Part shown: positions 43,314-51,221 of the stretch, in pieces | Layout: every line of letters begins with the position of its first letter | Position numbering within the stretch: the stretch's first letter is position 1 | From: a virus | Lineage: Duplodnaviria > Caudoviricetes | Length of the DNA: 51,221 nt | Direction: 5' to 3' (one strand) | IMG/VR virus record: IMGVR_UViG_3300026187_000022 | Coordinates: 1 to 51,221 of that record | Program-made: the position numbers and the translations under genes | The notes under the pieces: model-generated | The model's database searches: none | Told to the model about the DNA's origin: nothing | Seen by the model: the letters and a program-made list of their open reading frames with translations, nothing else

Positions 43314-44522
43314 ATGGCAATAACCGATAGCGGACAAATAAAATTCTCAGATATTGCCAATGAGTATGGCGTATCTCTTGGCAATGTTTCACTTTCTACA
43401 TTATCTACTGATATAGGTTTATCACCTCAGCACGCCATTACAGAATTTTATGGCAAATCAGCTGATATAACTATAGGAGATTTAACTAATACAATCACTA
43501 CAGATACTTATGGAAATTCATTAAGTATAAATCCAGAGGATGCTATTTATTTTGATAATTACCATTTTTTATCTAGTAGCACCTCTACAAGTGGATCGTA
43601 TTATTCTGATGATGATGGAGTGAATTGGACACCCTCTGGCTCTTTATTTGATGCTACTTCAAAATTTGCTGTTAGTGGAGATGTTTTATTGTGTAGCGCT
43701 AGGAGTTATGTAGCATTTTATAAATTTGGATCTGAGCCAAATCAGAGTGGGAATACTACTTATTTTTCTGGCTTAGATTTATATAGAACTAAGGTTAGTT
43801 ATGTTTTCAGTAGCCAAAGAACTCCACCAGTTATATACAATGGGTATGGCTATATAATTAGAAATGGATTAGTTTATAAATACGATTTTTCAGATTATAG
43901 TGCTGCCTATGTGGCTAGTTTGTATGTTTCACAAATAAATCAACCTCCTTTAGCTGTAGGCAATGATGGTAGAATGATAACATTTGGAATAAATGGATCT
44001 CAACCCTCTTTTGTAGTTTCCGATAATCAATTTGTAAATTCTACAATTATACCACTACCCTCTGTAGCTAATTATCCTTACACTACATCTAGCTCTAGTA
44101 CAAGTTGGTTTAACAATTCAGATATATCTACAGATGGTAATGGAACTTGGATATTTACACCTAGGCTCTTTCATACATTTACTGGAGGTGAACAATATAG
44201 CTTGTATGCTTACTCTACAGATAATGGCGATAGCTGGACAGCTACCCAGGATTATTATGATATAGTAGGCGCTATGGATTATACGCCAGGAGTTACAAAT
44301 ACAGTAGATGGTAATTTTGGTAATTTAGAAGTAACTAAATTTGAAAATAATAAGTTCTACTATGGCTATGGATATGGTAGTGGCTATGGAGGGATTATGT
44401 ACAGCTCTGATGGCACTAATATAACTAGCCTAAAAAATATAGGAGTAGATACTAAAGCACTATCATTTAATGGCTCAACTCTTATAGCGGCTGGTACTAA
44501 TAAGATTCTGAGGTTTACTTAA
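43314..44522 (+). CDS. Fibre-tip adhesin with Asp boxes (copy 2, divergent allele)
   Basis: The first ~50 aa are nearly identical to 8637..9866 and the remainder is strongly diverged. Confidence 0.75.
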   Translation: MAITDSGQIKFSDIANEYGVSLGNVSLSTLSTDIGLSPQHAITEFYGKSADITIGDLTNTITTDTYGNSLSINPEDAIYFDNYHFLSSSTSTSGSYYSDDDGVNWTPSGSLFDATSKFAVSGDVLLCSARSYVAFYKFGSEPNQSGNTTYFSGLDLYRTKVSYVFSSQRTPPVIYNGYGYIIRNGLVYKYDFSDYSAAYVASLYVSQINQPPLAVGNDGRMITFGINGSQPSFVVSDNQFVNSTIIPLPSVANYPYTTSSSSTSWFNNSDISTDGNGTWIFTPRLFHTFTGGEQYSLYAYSTDNGDSWTATQDYYDIVGAMDYTPGVTNTVDGNFGNLEVTKFENNKFYYGYGYGSGYGGIMYSSDGTNITSLKNIGVDTKALSFNGSTLIAAGTNKILRFT

Positions 44523-44551
44523 AAAACGTTAATTTTGTATAAAATAAAAAT

Positions 44552-46615
44552 ATGGCAGCGACTAAAGTAACAACAAAAGTTATAGCGGATGATGCAGTAA
44601 CTATCGATAAAATAAACGATAGTGCATTAGTAACCGAATCAGAGGGCATATCATCTAATGATAATGATACTACTGTACCTACTTCTGCTGCTGTAAAAGA
44701 TTATGTAGATACTGAGGTAGCTGGATTAGTAGATGCTGCACCAGCAACGCTGGACACTCTAAATGAATTAGCTGCTGCTTTAGGCGATGATGCTAATTTT
44801 TCCACTACAGTAACAAATTCTATAGCAACCAAACAGGATGCCTCTACAGCATTAACTACTACAACTAATTTTAGCGGTGATGTTTCTGGTACTTATAACG
44901 CCATAGTAATTGCTGATGATTCACACAATCACACTATTGCTAATGTAGATGGATTACAAACTTCTTTAGATGGCAAGGTAGATGGTACTGGTACTGCTGG
45001 TACATTACCAAAGCTATCTGATTCAAATACTATTACAGATTCAGCAATTTCAGAATCTGGCGAAATAATAGATTTAGATACTACTGGAGCTATTAAAGTT
45101 CCAGATGGTACAACTGCACAGCGACCAGGAACGCCTGTGGCTGGAATGTTTAGATACAATACTACAGATGGGCAGTTTGAGGGTTACACTACAGAATGGG
45201 GAGCTATTGCTGGCTCTGGAGGAGCTGGTGGAGGATCTGTTGATGTTGTAACTACTCAGCATACTGGCGATGGCACTACTAAGGGATTTGCATTAGATAG
45301 TACGCCAGGTGATAATGATGCTGTACAAGTTTATTTAAATGGTGTTTACCAGGTTAAAGATGCTGCAAATTATTCTATAAGTGGATCTACTCTAACGTTT
45401 GTTACCGCACCCACCAACTCCACAGCGATAGAGTTTGTCCACTTTGTTTTAACCTCTGGTGGTGGCGGAGGTATTAGTTGGGACACCGATGTAAAAACAG
45501 CAAACTTTGGAGCAACTGCTGGAGAGGGATACTTTGTAAATACCACAAGTGCTGCAATTACAGTTACATTACCTAGCTCACCTAGTGCTGGGGATGAGGT
45601 TTCTATTGTTGATTACGCTGGTACTGCTGATACAAATAACATAACAATAACATCCTCTGATAATATCAATGGTGCTGCTAGTGATGTTAAAATAGATTAT
45701 GAAAGAGGTGGGGTATCTATAGTTTATGTAGATGCCACTCAAGGTTGGATAGCTTATAATGCTGCTAATGAAACCGCTACAGCTTTAGAAAGCACAATAG
45801 TGAATTTTAGCGTAGATTATTTAGTAGTAGCTGGAGGTGGTGGAGGATCAAGATATGGTGGTGGGGGTGCTGGAGGTTTACGGACTTCTTATGGATCTAC
45901 AAGTGGAGGCGGAGCATCTGCTGAATCATCTTTATCTTTAACCACTTCAACAAATTACACAGTTTCTGTAGGTGCTGGTGGAACTGGTGGCAATAGATCA
46001 GCTGGAAGCGAGGGATCTGATTCTACATTTTCTACTATAACCTCTGATGGTGGAGGAGAGGGGAAATCATCTTATACTCCAAATGTAATAAATGGAGGAT
46101 CTGGCGGTGGTGGTACTACAAATATTGCTGGAGGTACTGGTACTTCTGGACAAGGCTACGATGGTGGCGGAGCTGGGTTGGGTGGTCCAAGTGATTATAG
46201 AGGTACAGGAGGTGGTGGAGCTGCTCAAGCTGGGCAAACTTATGGAGGTGGTAATGGTTTAGCTGTATCGATTACTGGATCATCTGTTACTTATGCTGGC
46301 GGTGGCGGTGGAGCTTATTATGCAGGAACATCTGGAGCATCTGGAGGATCTGGTGGTGGTGGTAATGGTACTGGATGGAATAGTGGCGCACAGCCAGAGG
46401 TTCCTAATGGTACAGATGGCACAGATAATTTAGGAGGCGGTGGCGGAGGCGCTATGGATGGCGGCTCTGGAGTCGTGATTTTACGCTATCCAAACACATT
46501 TACAGTAACAGAAACAACCTCGCCAACTGTACTAACATTTAGCACTACAACTGATGGTAGCGACAAAGTAACAACATTCACAGCTGGAGAAAACGGAACT
46601 ATACAATTCAGTTAA
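44552..46615 (+). CDS. Fibre protein with glycine-rich domain (copy 2)
   Basis: N-terminal ~225 aa are shared with 9896..12187. It has one beta module instead of two and a different Gly-rich domain. Confidence 0.88.
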   Translation: MAATKVTTKVIADDAVTIDKINDSALVTESEGISSNDNDTTVPTSAAVKDYVDTEVAGLVDAAPATLDTLNELAAALGDDANFSTTVTNSIATKQDASTALTTTTNFSGDVSGTYNAIVIADDSHNHTIANVDGLQTSLDGKVDGTGTAGTLPKLSDSNTITDSAISESGEIIDLDTTGAIKVPDGTTAQRPGTPVAGMFRYNTTDGQFEGYTTEWGAIAGSGGAGGGSVDVVTTQHTGDGTTKGFALDSTPGDNDAVQVYLNGVYQVKDAANYSISGSTLTFVTAPTNSTAIEFVHFVLTSGGGGGISWDTDVKTANFGATAGEGYFVNTTSAAITVTLPSSPSAGDEVSIVDYAGTADTNNITITSSDNINGAASDVKIDYERGGVSIVYVDATQGWIAYNAANETATALESTIVNFSVDYLVVAGGGGGSRYGGGGAGGLRTSYGSTSGGGASAESSLSLTTSTNYTVSVGAGGTGGNRSAGSEGSDSTFSTITSDGGGEGKSSYTPNVINGGSGGGGTTNIAGGTGTSGQGYDGGGAGLGGPSDYRGTGGGGAAQAGQTYGGGNGLAVSITGSSVTYAGGGGGAYYAGTSGASGGSGGGGNGTGWNSGAQPEVPNGTDGTDNLGGGGGGAMDGGSGVVILRYPNTFTVTETTSPTVLTFSTTTDGSDKVTTFTAGENGTIQFS

Positions 46616-46641
46616 TATGGTAAAAATTAATAATAAATAAA

Positions 46642-47040
46642 ATGGCACACTACGCATTACTAAACTATCAAAACATAGTTACTAAAGTTTGCACAGGCAA
46701 AAATGAGGATGAAACCGATACTAATATCGAGTTAGTTTATCAGCATATGTTTGGACAATTATGCAAGCGCACCTCTTATAATACTAGAGGCGGAGTGCAT
46801 TATGATCCTGTAACAAATGAGCCTAGTGCGGATCAATCAAAAGCATTTAGAAAAAACTATGCTGGAATAGGTTACACCTATGATCATAGCCGAGATGCTT
46901 TTATTCCGCCAAAACCATTTGATAGCTGGGTTTTAAATGAAACTAGCTGTTTATGGGCGGCTCCTGTAGAGTATCCAGATGATGGTGAAATGTACACCTG
47001 GAATGAGGATACTACTAGCTGGGATTTAGTTACTGAATAA
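46642..47040 (+). CDS. Partner/chaperone of glycine-rich fibre (copy 2)
   Basis: MAHYA...RKNYAGIGYTYD..RDAFIPPKPFDSW. The N-half differs from 12200..12550. Confidence 0.75.
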   Translation: MAHYALLNYQNIVTKVCTGKNEDETDTNIELVYQHMFGQLCKRTSYNTRGGVHYDPVTNEPSADQSKAFRKNYAGIGYTYDHSRDAFIPPKPFDSWVLNETSCLWAAPVEYPDDGEMYTWNEDTTSWDLVTE

Positions 47041-47059
47041 TAATTTTTAAAATATTACA

Positions 47060-48286
47060 ATGGCGTTTACAAAGGCAACATATGACTACTTAGACTCTGG
47101 AGGGTTAATTAACTGGCAACTTACTGCTAAAACTTCTGCATTTACAGCTGTAAGTGGAGAGGGTTATTTAGTAGATACCTCATCAGCAGCTGTAACTGTA
47201 ACTCTACCAGATACGCCTAGTGCTGGGGATGAGATTATCATAGTAGATTACGCCTCAAACGCTGGCACAAATAATATTACACTAGATCCTGGAACGCTAA
47301 ACCTTAGAGGCGCTACTGATGATTTAGTACTTTCTACCAATAACCAAACCGCTAGGCTATTATATTCTGGCGCTACTAAAGGCTGGTTAGTTACTACTGA
47401 GGCTGGCGGTGGAGCTGCTGCTGCGGCCGGACCTTATGATATAGATTATTTATTAGTTGCTGGAGGCGGATCTGGTGGTAATAATGATGGAGGTGGTGGC
47501 GGTGCTGGAGGTTTGTTAGAATCTACGATTTCATCTATAGCAATAGGGGAAACATTAACAATATCAATAGGTGGAGGTGGAGCCGCCACATCAGTAAGTT
47601 CATATTCATCTACAAAAGGTACCGATTCAACTATATCCTCTAGCGCAATAACTACTATTAGAGCTTTAGCAGGTGGTGCTGGTATAGCTGATGGCACCAC
47701 TAGTGGAGATGGAAATGGTGGATCTGGTGGGGGTGGTAAATATAATTCGAGTGGAGGTACTGGAGTTTCTGGGCAAGGTTATGCTGGAGGCGCTGGGTAT
47801 TTTGAGTCTGGAGGTCCTTATGCTGGGGGTGGTGGAGGTGGAGCTGGTGCTGCTGGTACAGATGGTTCAAGTTCTGGAGGAGGCTCTGGTGGAATTGGAG
47901 CAATTACTACAATTATATCTACATCAAATGCGACTACATCCTCTGTAGGAGAGTTAGTGAGTTCATCTCTTTATTTTGCTGGTGGTGGAGGAGCTGGTGA
48001 GGAGGGAATTTCTGGTAATGCCTACGGAACAGGAGGATATGGTGGAGGAGGTGATGGTAACTCTGAATCTAACCCAGAAAATGGTACTCCAAATACTGGT
48101 GGCGGTGGTGGAGGATATGGATATACGAGCCAACATTTAGCAGCTGGTAATGGCGGTTCTGGAGTTTGTATTCTAAGAATGCCAACAGCATCCTATTCTG
48201 GCACTACAACTAACTCCCCAGATGTTTATACAGAGGGCAGTGATACAGTTTTGGTTTATAAAATCGGTGGTACTTACACTACATAA
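47060..48286 (+). CDS. Second glycine-rich fibre protein (copy 2 only)
   Basis: MAFTKAT start, GEGYLVDTSSAAVTVTLP module and YLLVAGGGSGG Gly-rich domain. Confidence 0.85.
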   Translation: MAFTKATYDYLDSGGLINWQLTAKTSAFTAVSGEGYLVDTSSAAVTVTLPDTPSAGDEIIIVDYASNAGTNNITLDPGTLNLRGATDDLVLSTNNQTARLLYSGATKGWLVTTEAGGGAAAAAGPYDIDYLLVAGGGSGGNNDGGGGGAGGLLESTISSIAIGETLTISIGGGGAATSVSSYSSTKGTDSTISSSAITTIRALAGGAGIADGTTSGDGNGGSGGGGKYNSSGGTGVSGQGYAGGAGYFESGGPYAGGGGGGAGAAGTDGSSSGGGSGGIGAITTIISTSNATTSSVGELVSSSLYFAGGGGAGEEGISGNAYGTGGYGGGGDGNSESNPENGTPNTGGGGGGYGYTSQHLAAGNGGSGVCILRMPTASYSGTTTNSPDVYTEGSDTVLVYKIGGTYTT

Positions 48287-48329
48287 CATAAATAATAAAA
48301 TAACTATATTTGTATAAAATTTAAAACTA

Positions 48330-48740
48330 ATGGCTACAACAGGAGTATTCAACGGAACTAACCTAATATTAAAGATCGAGGACACAGCTTTAGGTCACAC
48401 TACTAGCTGTTCATTAACTCTAAATAATGATTTGCCAGAAGCCACTACTAAAGATAGTAGCGGATTCCAAGAGGTAATCGCTGGAGTAATGAGTGGAGAG
48501 CTTTCTTTTGATGGGTTAGTAGCTTATGATGATACTGCTAATGCTATTGAATTAGCTGATTACTTACTAGCTAGAACTCAATTAACTTGCGTTTTTGGTA
48601 CAGAGGTTACAGGCGATGCTATTTATACTGCTGAGGGATTCCTTTCTAGTGTAGAAATGAGCGCTGAGATGGAATCACCAGTAAGCTACAGCGGTTCAAT
48701 TACATTAACAGGCGCTATCACAAAAAGCACAAACGCATAA
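48330..48740 (+). CDS. Major tail protein (copy 2)
   Basis: Orthologue of 15679..16086. Confidence 0.9.
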   Translation: MATTGVFNGTNLILKIEDTALGHTTSCSLTLNNDLPEATTKDSSGFQEVIAGVMSGELSFDGLVAYDDTANAIELADYLLARTQLTCVFGTEVTGDAIYTAEGFLSSVEMSAEMESPVSYSGSITLTGAITKSTNA

Positions 48741-48757
48741 CATAAAGTTACTACATA

Positions 48758-49141
48758 ATGGCAAACAAGAGGAGAGGGTATTATACCACTAAACTAGGTG
48801 GGCGTAATGTTACGCTACACTTTAGTATGAATTTCTGGGCAAATTTTACAGAGATTATGAATGTGCCACTAGATAAAATAGGTGATCTATTTTCTGGTGG
48901 CGTTTCTATTTCAGCTATCAGAGCTTTGGTTTATAGTGCTATGCTAGCATACGACCAGGAGGAGGGTAATGAAATAGATTATAACCAATTTAAGGTAGGC
49001 GCTTGGCTTGAGGATCTAGGACAGGAGGAGCTAGAAAAAATGATCTCAGCTATGATGGAATCTCGTATTTTAGGCAATGATCTAAATATGGGAATAGATC
49101 GCCAGGCTAAAACTGTAGCCAATACCCAGGGAAAGAAGTAG
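48758..49141 (+). CDS. Tail assembly chaperone (copy 2)
   Basis: Orthologue of 16104..16487, with GGGAAAG at 49129-49135. Confidence 0.85.
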   Translation: MANKRRGYYTTKLGGRNVTLHFSMNFWANFTEIMNVPLDKIGDLFSGGVSISAIRALVYSAMLAYDQEEGNEIDYNQFKVGAWLEDLGQEELEKMISAMMESRILGNDLNMGIDRQAKTVANTQGKK

Positions 49142-49470
49142 CCAGCTCCCTCACTTGGGATGATATTGAGGATTATTATATAGGGCAAGCTGGCATAGAT
49201 CCAGATAAGTTTTGGAATTACACCTGGAGAGAGAATCAACTCCTGGGCGAATCCTACATGATAAAGCAAAACCTAGAATGGGAGCGGATTAGATATGTAG
49301 CTACTATGCTGCACAATGTAAACTGCCAAAAGCGCCAGCACATGATAAAACCAGAGAAACTATTTCCACTACCACAGGATAAATTTAATAAGGCGCAAAA
49401 ACCCAAAGGCACTAGAGAGGATTACGAATCATTTAAAGAGAAAGCTAAAGCGGCTGGCGTTAAATTGTAA
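49129..49470 (+). CDS. -1 frameshift extension of tail chaperone (copy 2)
   Basis: The -1 frame is open from the slippery site into ORF 49258..49470. Confidence 0.88.
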   Translation, partial: GKEVASSLTWDDIEDYYIGQAGIDPDKFWNYTWRENQLLGESYMIKQNLEWERIRYVATMLHNVNCQKRQHMIKPEKLFPLPQDKFNKAQKPKGTREDYESFKEKAKAAGVKL

Positions 49471-49497
49471 CGCCTTTTTTTTTAGTATTTTTGTACT

Positions 49498-51221
49498 ATG
49501 GCAGAGCAAAAATTAAAAGTAAATATAATTGGAGATGCTAGTAAGCTAACAAGAGCATTAAATACAGCATCTGGTAGATTGCAATCATTTGGATCTACAG
49601 TTTCTAATGTAGGTAAAAAACTTTCCACTAGATTAACGCTACCTCTAGGAATCGCTGGAGGCATAGCTTTGAAATCAGCGGCTAATTTTGAAAAATTAAA
49701 AACACAATTAAATGTTTTAACTGGTAGCGCTGAAGAAGGTGCTAAAGCATTTGAGAGATTAGTAAAATTTTCAGCTGGTACTCCATTTCAGTTAGATGAG
49801 CTTGTGAAAGCTAATAATACTTTAATGGGATTTGGTGTTAGCGCTGAGGATGCGTATAATCACCTACAAATGATTGGCGATATAGCAGCTGTATCTGGAG
49901 GCGATTTACAGGGTATTTCAGTAGCCTTTGGTCAAGTAGCTGCTGCTGGTAGGTTAATGGGACAGGATTTATTGCAGCTTATTAATAATGGCGTACCAAT
50001 TATTGATATGCTTTCAAACTCTATGGGAGTTGCAAAATCTGAAATTAAAGAATTAGTTTCTGAGGGTGCTGTAACCTTTCCTGTATTAATAAAAGCATTT
50101 CAGCAAGCTACATCAGAGGGAGGTAAATTTGAGGGGGGTATGGCTCAACTATCCCAAACAATTTCTGGTATAGCATCAACTGTAAAAGATAATTTAAATA
50201 TAGCTTTCGCTGAGTTAGGTAATGAAATATTTAAAGCGCTAGATATAAAAACACTAGCACAGGATTTTATAAAATTTATTCAAAACTTAACAGCTAGATT
50301 TAAGCAATTAGAGCCGCAAACTAAGAAAGTTATTATTATTGTAACTGGTTTAGTAGCTGCTGCTGGTCCATTATTAGTAGTGCTAGGCACAATGTCCTCT
50401 GGAATAGGTTTAGTAGCCTCTGGATTTGCAACCGCCATACCAATATTAATTAAGGCAACTAGCGCATTTAAAACGCTTACTGTATCTATGTTAGCTAACC
50501 CTGTTGGTGCTATAGCTGCTGCTGTAGTTACATTAATAGCTGGATTTGTCGAGTATTTACATAGATTAGAGCCAGCTGTAACTAGAACAAAAACATTTTT
50601 TAATATACTTAAATCATTAGGTAATCCATTAAAATTTGCAGCGCTACAGGCTGAGGATGCTGCTAAAGCATTAGCACAAAAGAAAAAAGATGCTGAGGCT
50701 GCTGCTAAAGCAAATGCTGAATTGAAAGCATCTTTAGAAAATCTAAATAAGCCATTAGATGTAGCTACTAATAAAACAGAGGAATTAACTAAATCACTTC
50801 AAAAAGTGCAAAGTGTTTCAGCTATAACATTATCAGTTAAAACTGGTGATTTTGATTATGCTACAGGGGAATTTGCTCAAGGTGATATAGCAGTAGGCGC
50901 TCAGCAAGTTCAAACAGAGGGAATAGGTGGTATTAATGCGCCAGATCCAGGAGAGATAAATGATGCTTTAAGCGGTTTATTAGCTATGCAAAACCAGGCG
51001 GATCAAACCGCAGTGGCATTAGAAAACCTAGCTGCCAAAAATGAGCGAATGAGAGAGCTTGGAGATATGGTAGGTGGAGAGGTTGCCAACGCTTTTTATA
51101 ATTTTGGAGAAGCTGCTATCGGAGCTTTAGGATTAGCTGAATCTGGATTCCAAGGATTCCTAAGCGGAATACTTAGCACAATACTACAACTCATATCAAT
51201 GTTTTTGGCGCAATCTATTGC
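49498..51221 (+). CDS. Tape measure protein (copy 2, 3'-truncated by window end)
   Basis: ATG 49498 (MAEQKLKV...). Collinear with 16844 onward apart from a net 24-bp deletion. Confidence 0.92.
   Translation, partial: MAEQKLKVNIIGDASKLTRALNTASGRLQSFGSTVSNVGKKLSTRLTLPLGIAGGIALKSAANFEKLKTQLNVLTGSAEEGAKAFERLVKFSAGTPFQLDELVKANNTLMGFGVSAEDAYNHLQMIGDIAAVSGGDLQGISVAFGQVAAAGRLMGQDLLQLINNGVPIIDMLSNSMGVAKSEIKELVSEGAVTFPVLIKAFQQATSEGGKFEGGMAQLSQTISGIASTVKDNLNIAFAELGNEIFKALDIKTLAQDFIKFIQNLTARFKQLEPQTKKVIIIVTGLVAAAGPLLVVLGTMSSGIGLVASGFATAIPILIKATSAFKTLTVSMLANPVGAIAAAVVTLIAGFVEYLHRLEPAVTRTKTFFNILKSLGNPLKFAALQAEDAAKALAQKKKDAEAAAKANAELKASLENLNKPLDVATNKTEELTKSLQKVQSVSAITLSVKTGDFDYATGEFAQGDIAVGAQQVQTEGIGGINAPDPGEINDALSGLLAMQNQADQTAVALENLAAKNERMRELGDMVGGEVANAFYNFGEAAIGALGLAESGFQGFLSGILSTILQLISMFLAQSI

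Larger units (their letters stand above)
34688..51221 (+). repeat. Diverged second copy of 1-18591 (sister-phage haplotype)
   Basis: Same gene order from capsid to tape measure with many synonymous differences. It is 2057 bp shorter than copy 1, mostly because of a different fibre cassette. The last 110 bp (51112-51221) are identical to 18482-18591. Confidence 0.95.

Noticed and set aside
367-49664. All minus-strand ORFs in the track (e.g. 367..561, 6384..6644, 17626..18054, 22012..22350, 32286..32534, 49482..49664)
   Set aside because: They are antisense shadows of well-supported + strand genes, with no independent motifs or regulatory signals.
34688-51221. Ordinary terminal redundancy or assembly circularisation overlap
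   Set aside because: The copies are not identical and differ in gene content, so this is not a simple direct terminal repeat.

Overview
This window is an AT-rich, tailed (siphovirus-type, HK97-fold) phage with every credible gene on the + strand. The host is probably a Bacteroidota/Flavobacteriia bacterium, because TAnnTTTG (-7) promoters recur upstream of operons and start codons lack Shine-Dalgarno motifs. The window holds about 1.5 genome units. One complete circularly permuted unit of about 34.7 kb (1-34687) runs: capsid 3' end, micro-ORF operon, neck, lysis, fibres, tail, early/recombination/replication genes, ParB-methylase, terminase, portal, protease, capsid. It is followed by a non-identical copy (34688-51221) of positions 1-18591. 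The two copies are near-identical at protein level for most core genes but differ at many synonymous sites. They carry different receptor-binding cassettes (a GATC-free LamG block in copy 1, a second glycine-rich fibre in copy 2) and strongly divergent HK97-gp10-like and adhesin genes. The simplest reading is a chimeric assembly of two sister phages, but a real hetero-concatemer cannot be excluded from sequence alone. No integrase, DNA polymerase, tRNA, CRISPR array or reverse transcriptase was seen. Family assignments come from motif recognition by eye, not database searches.
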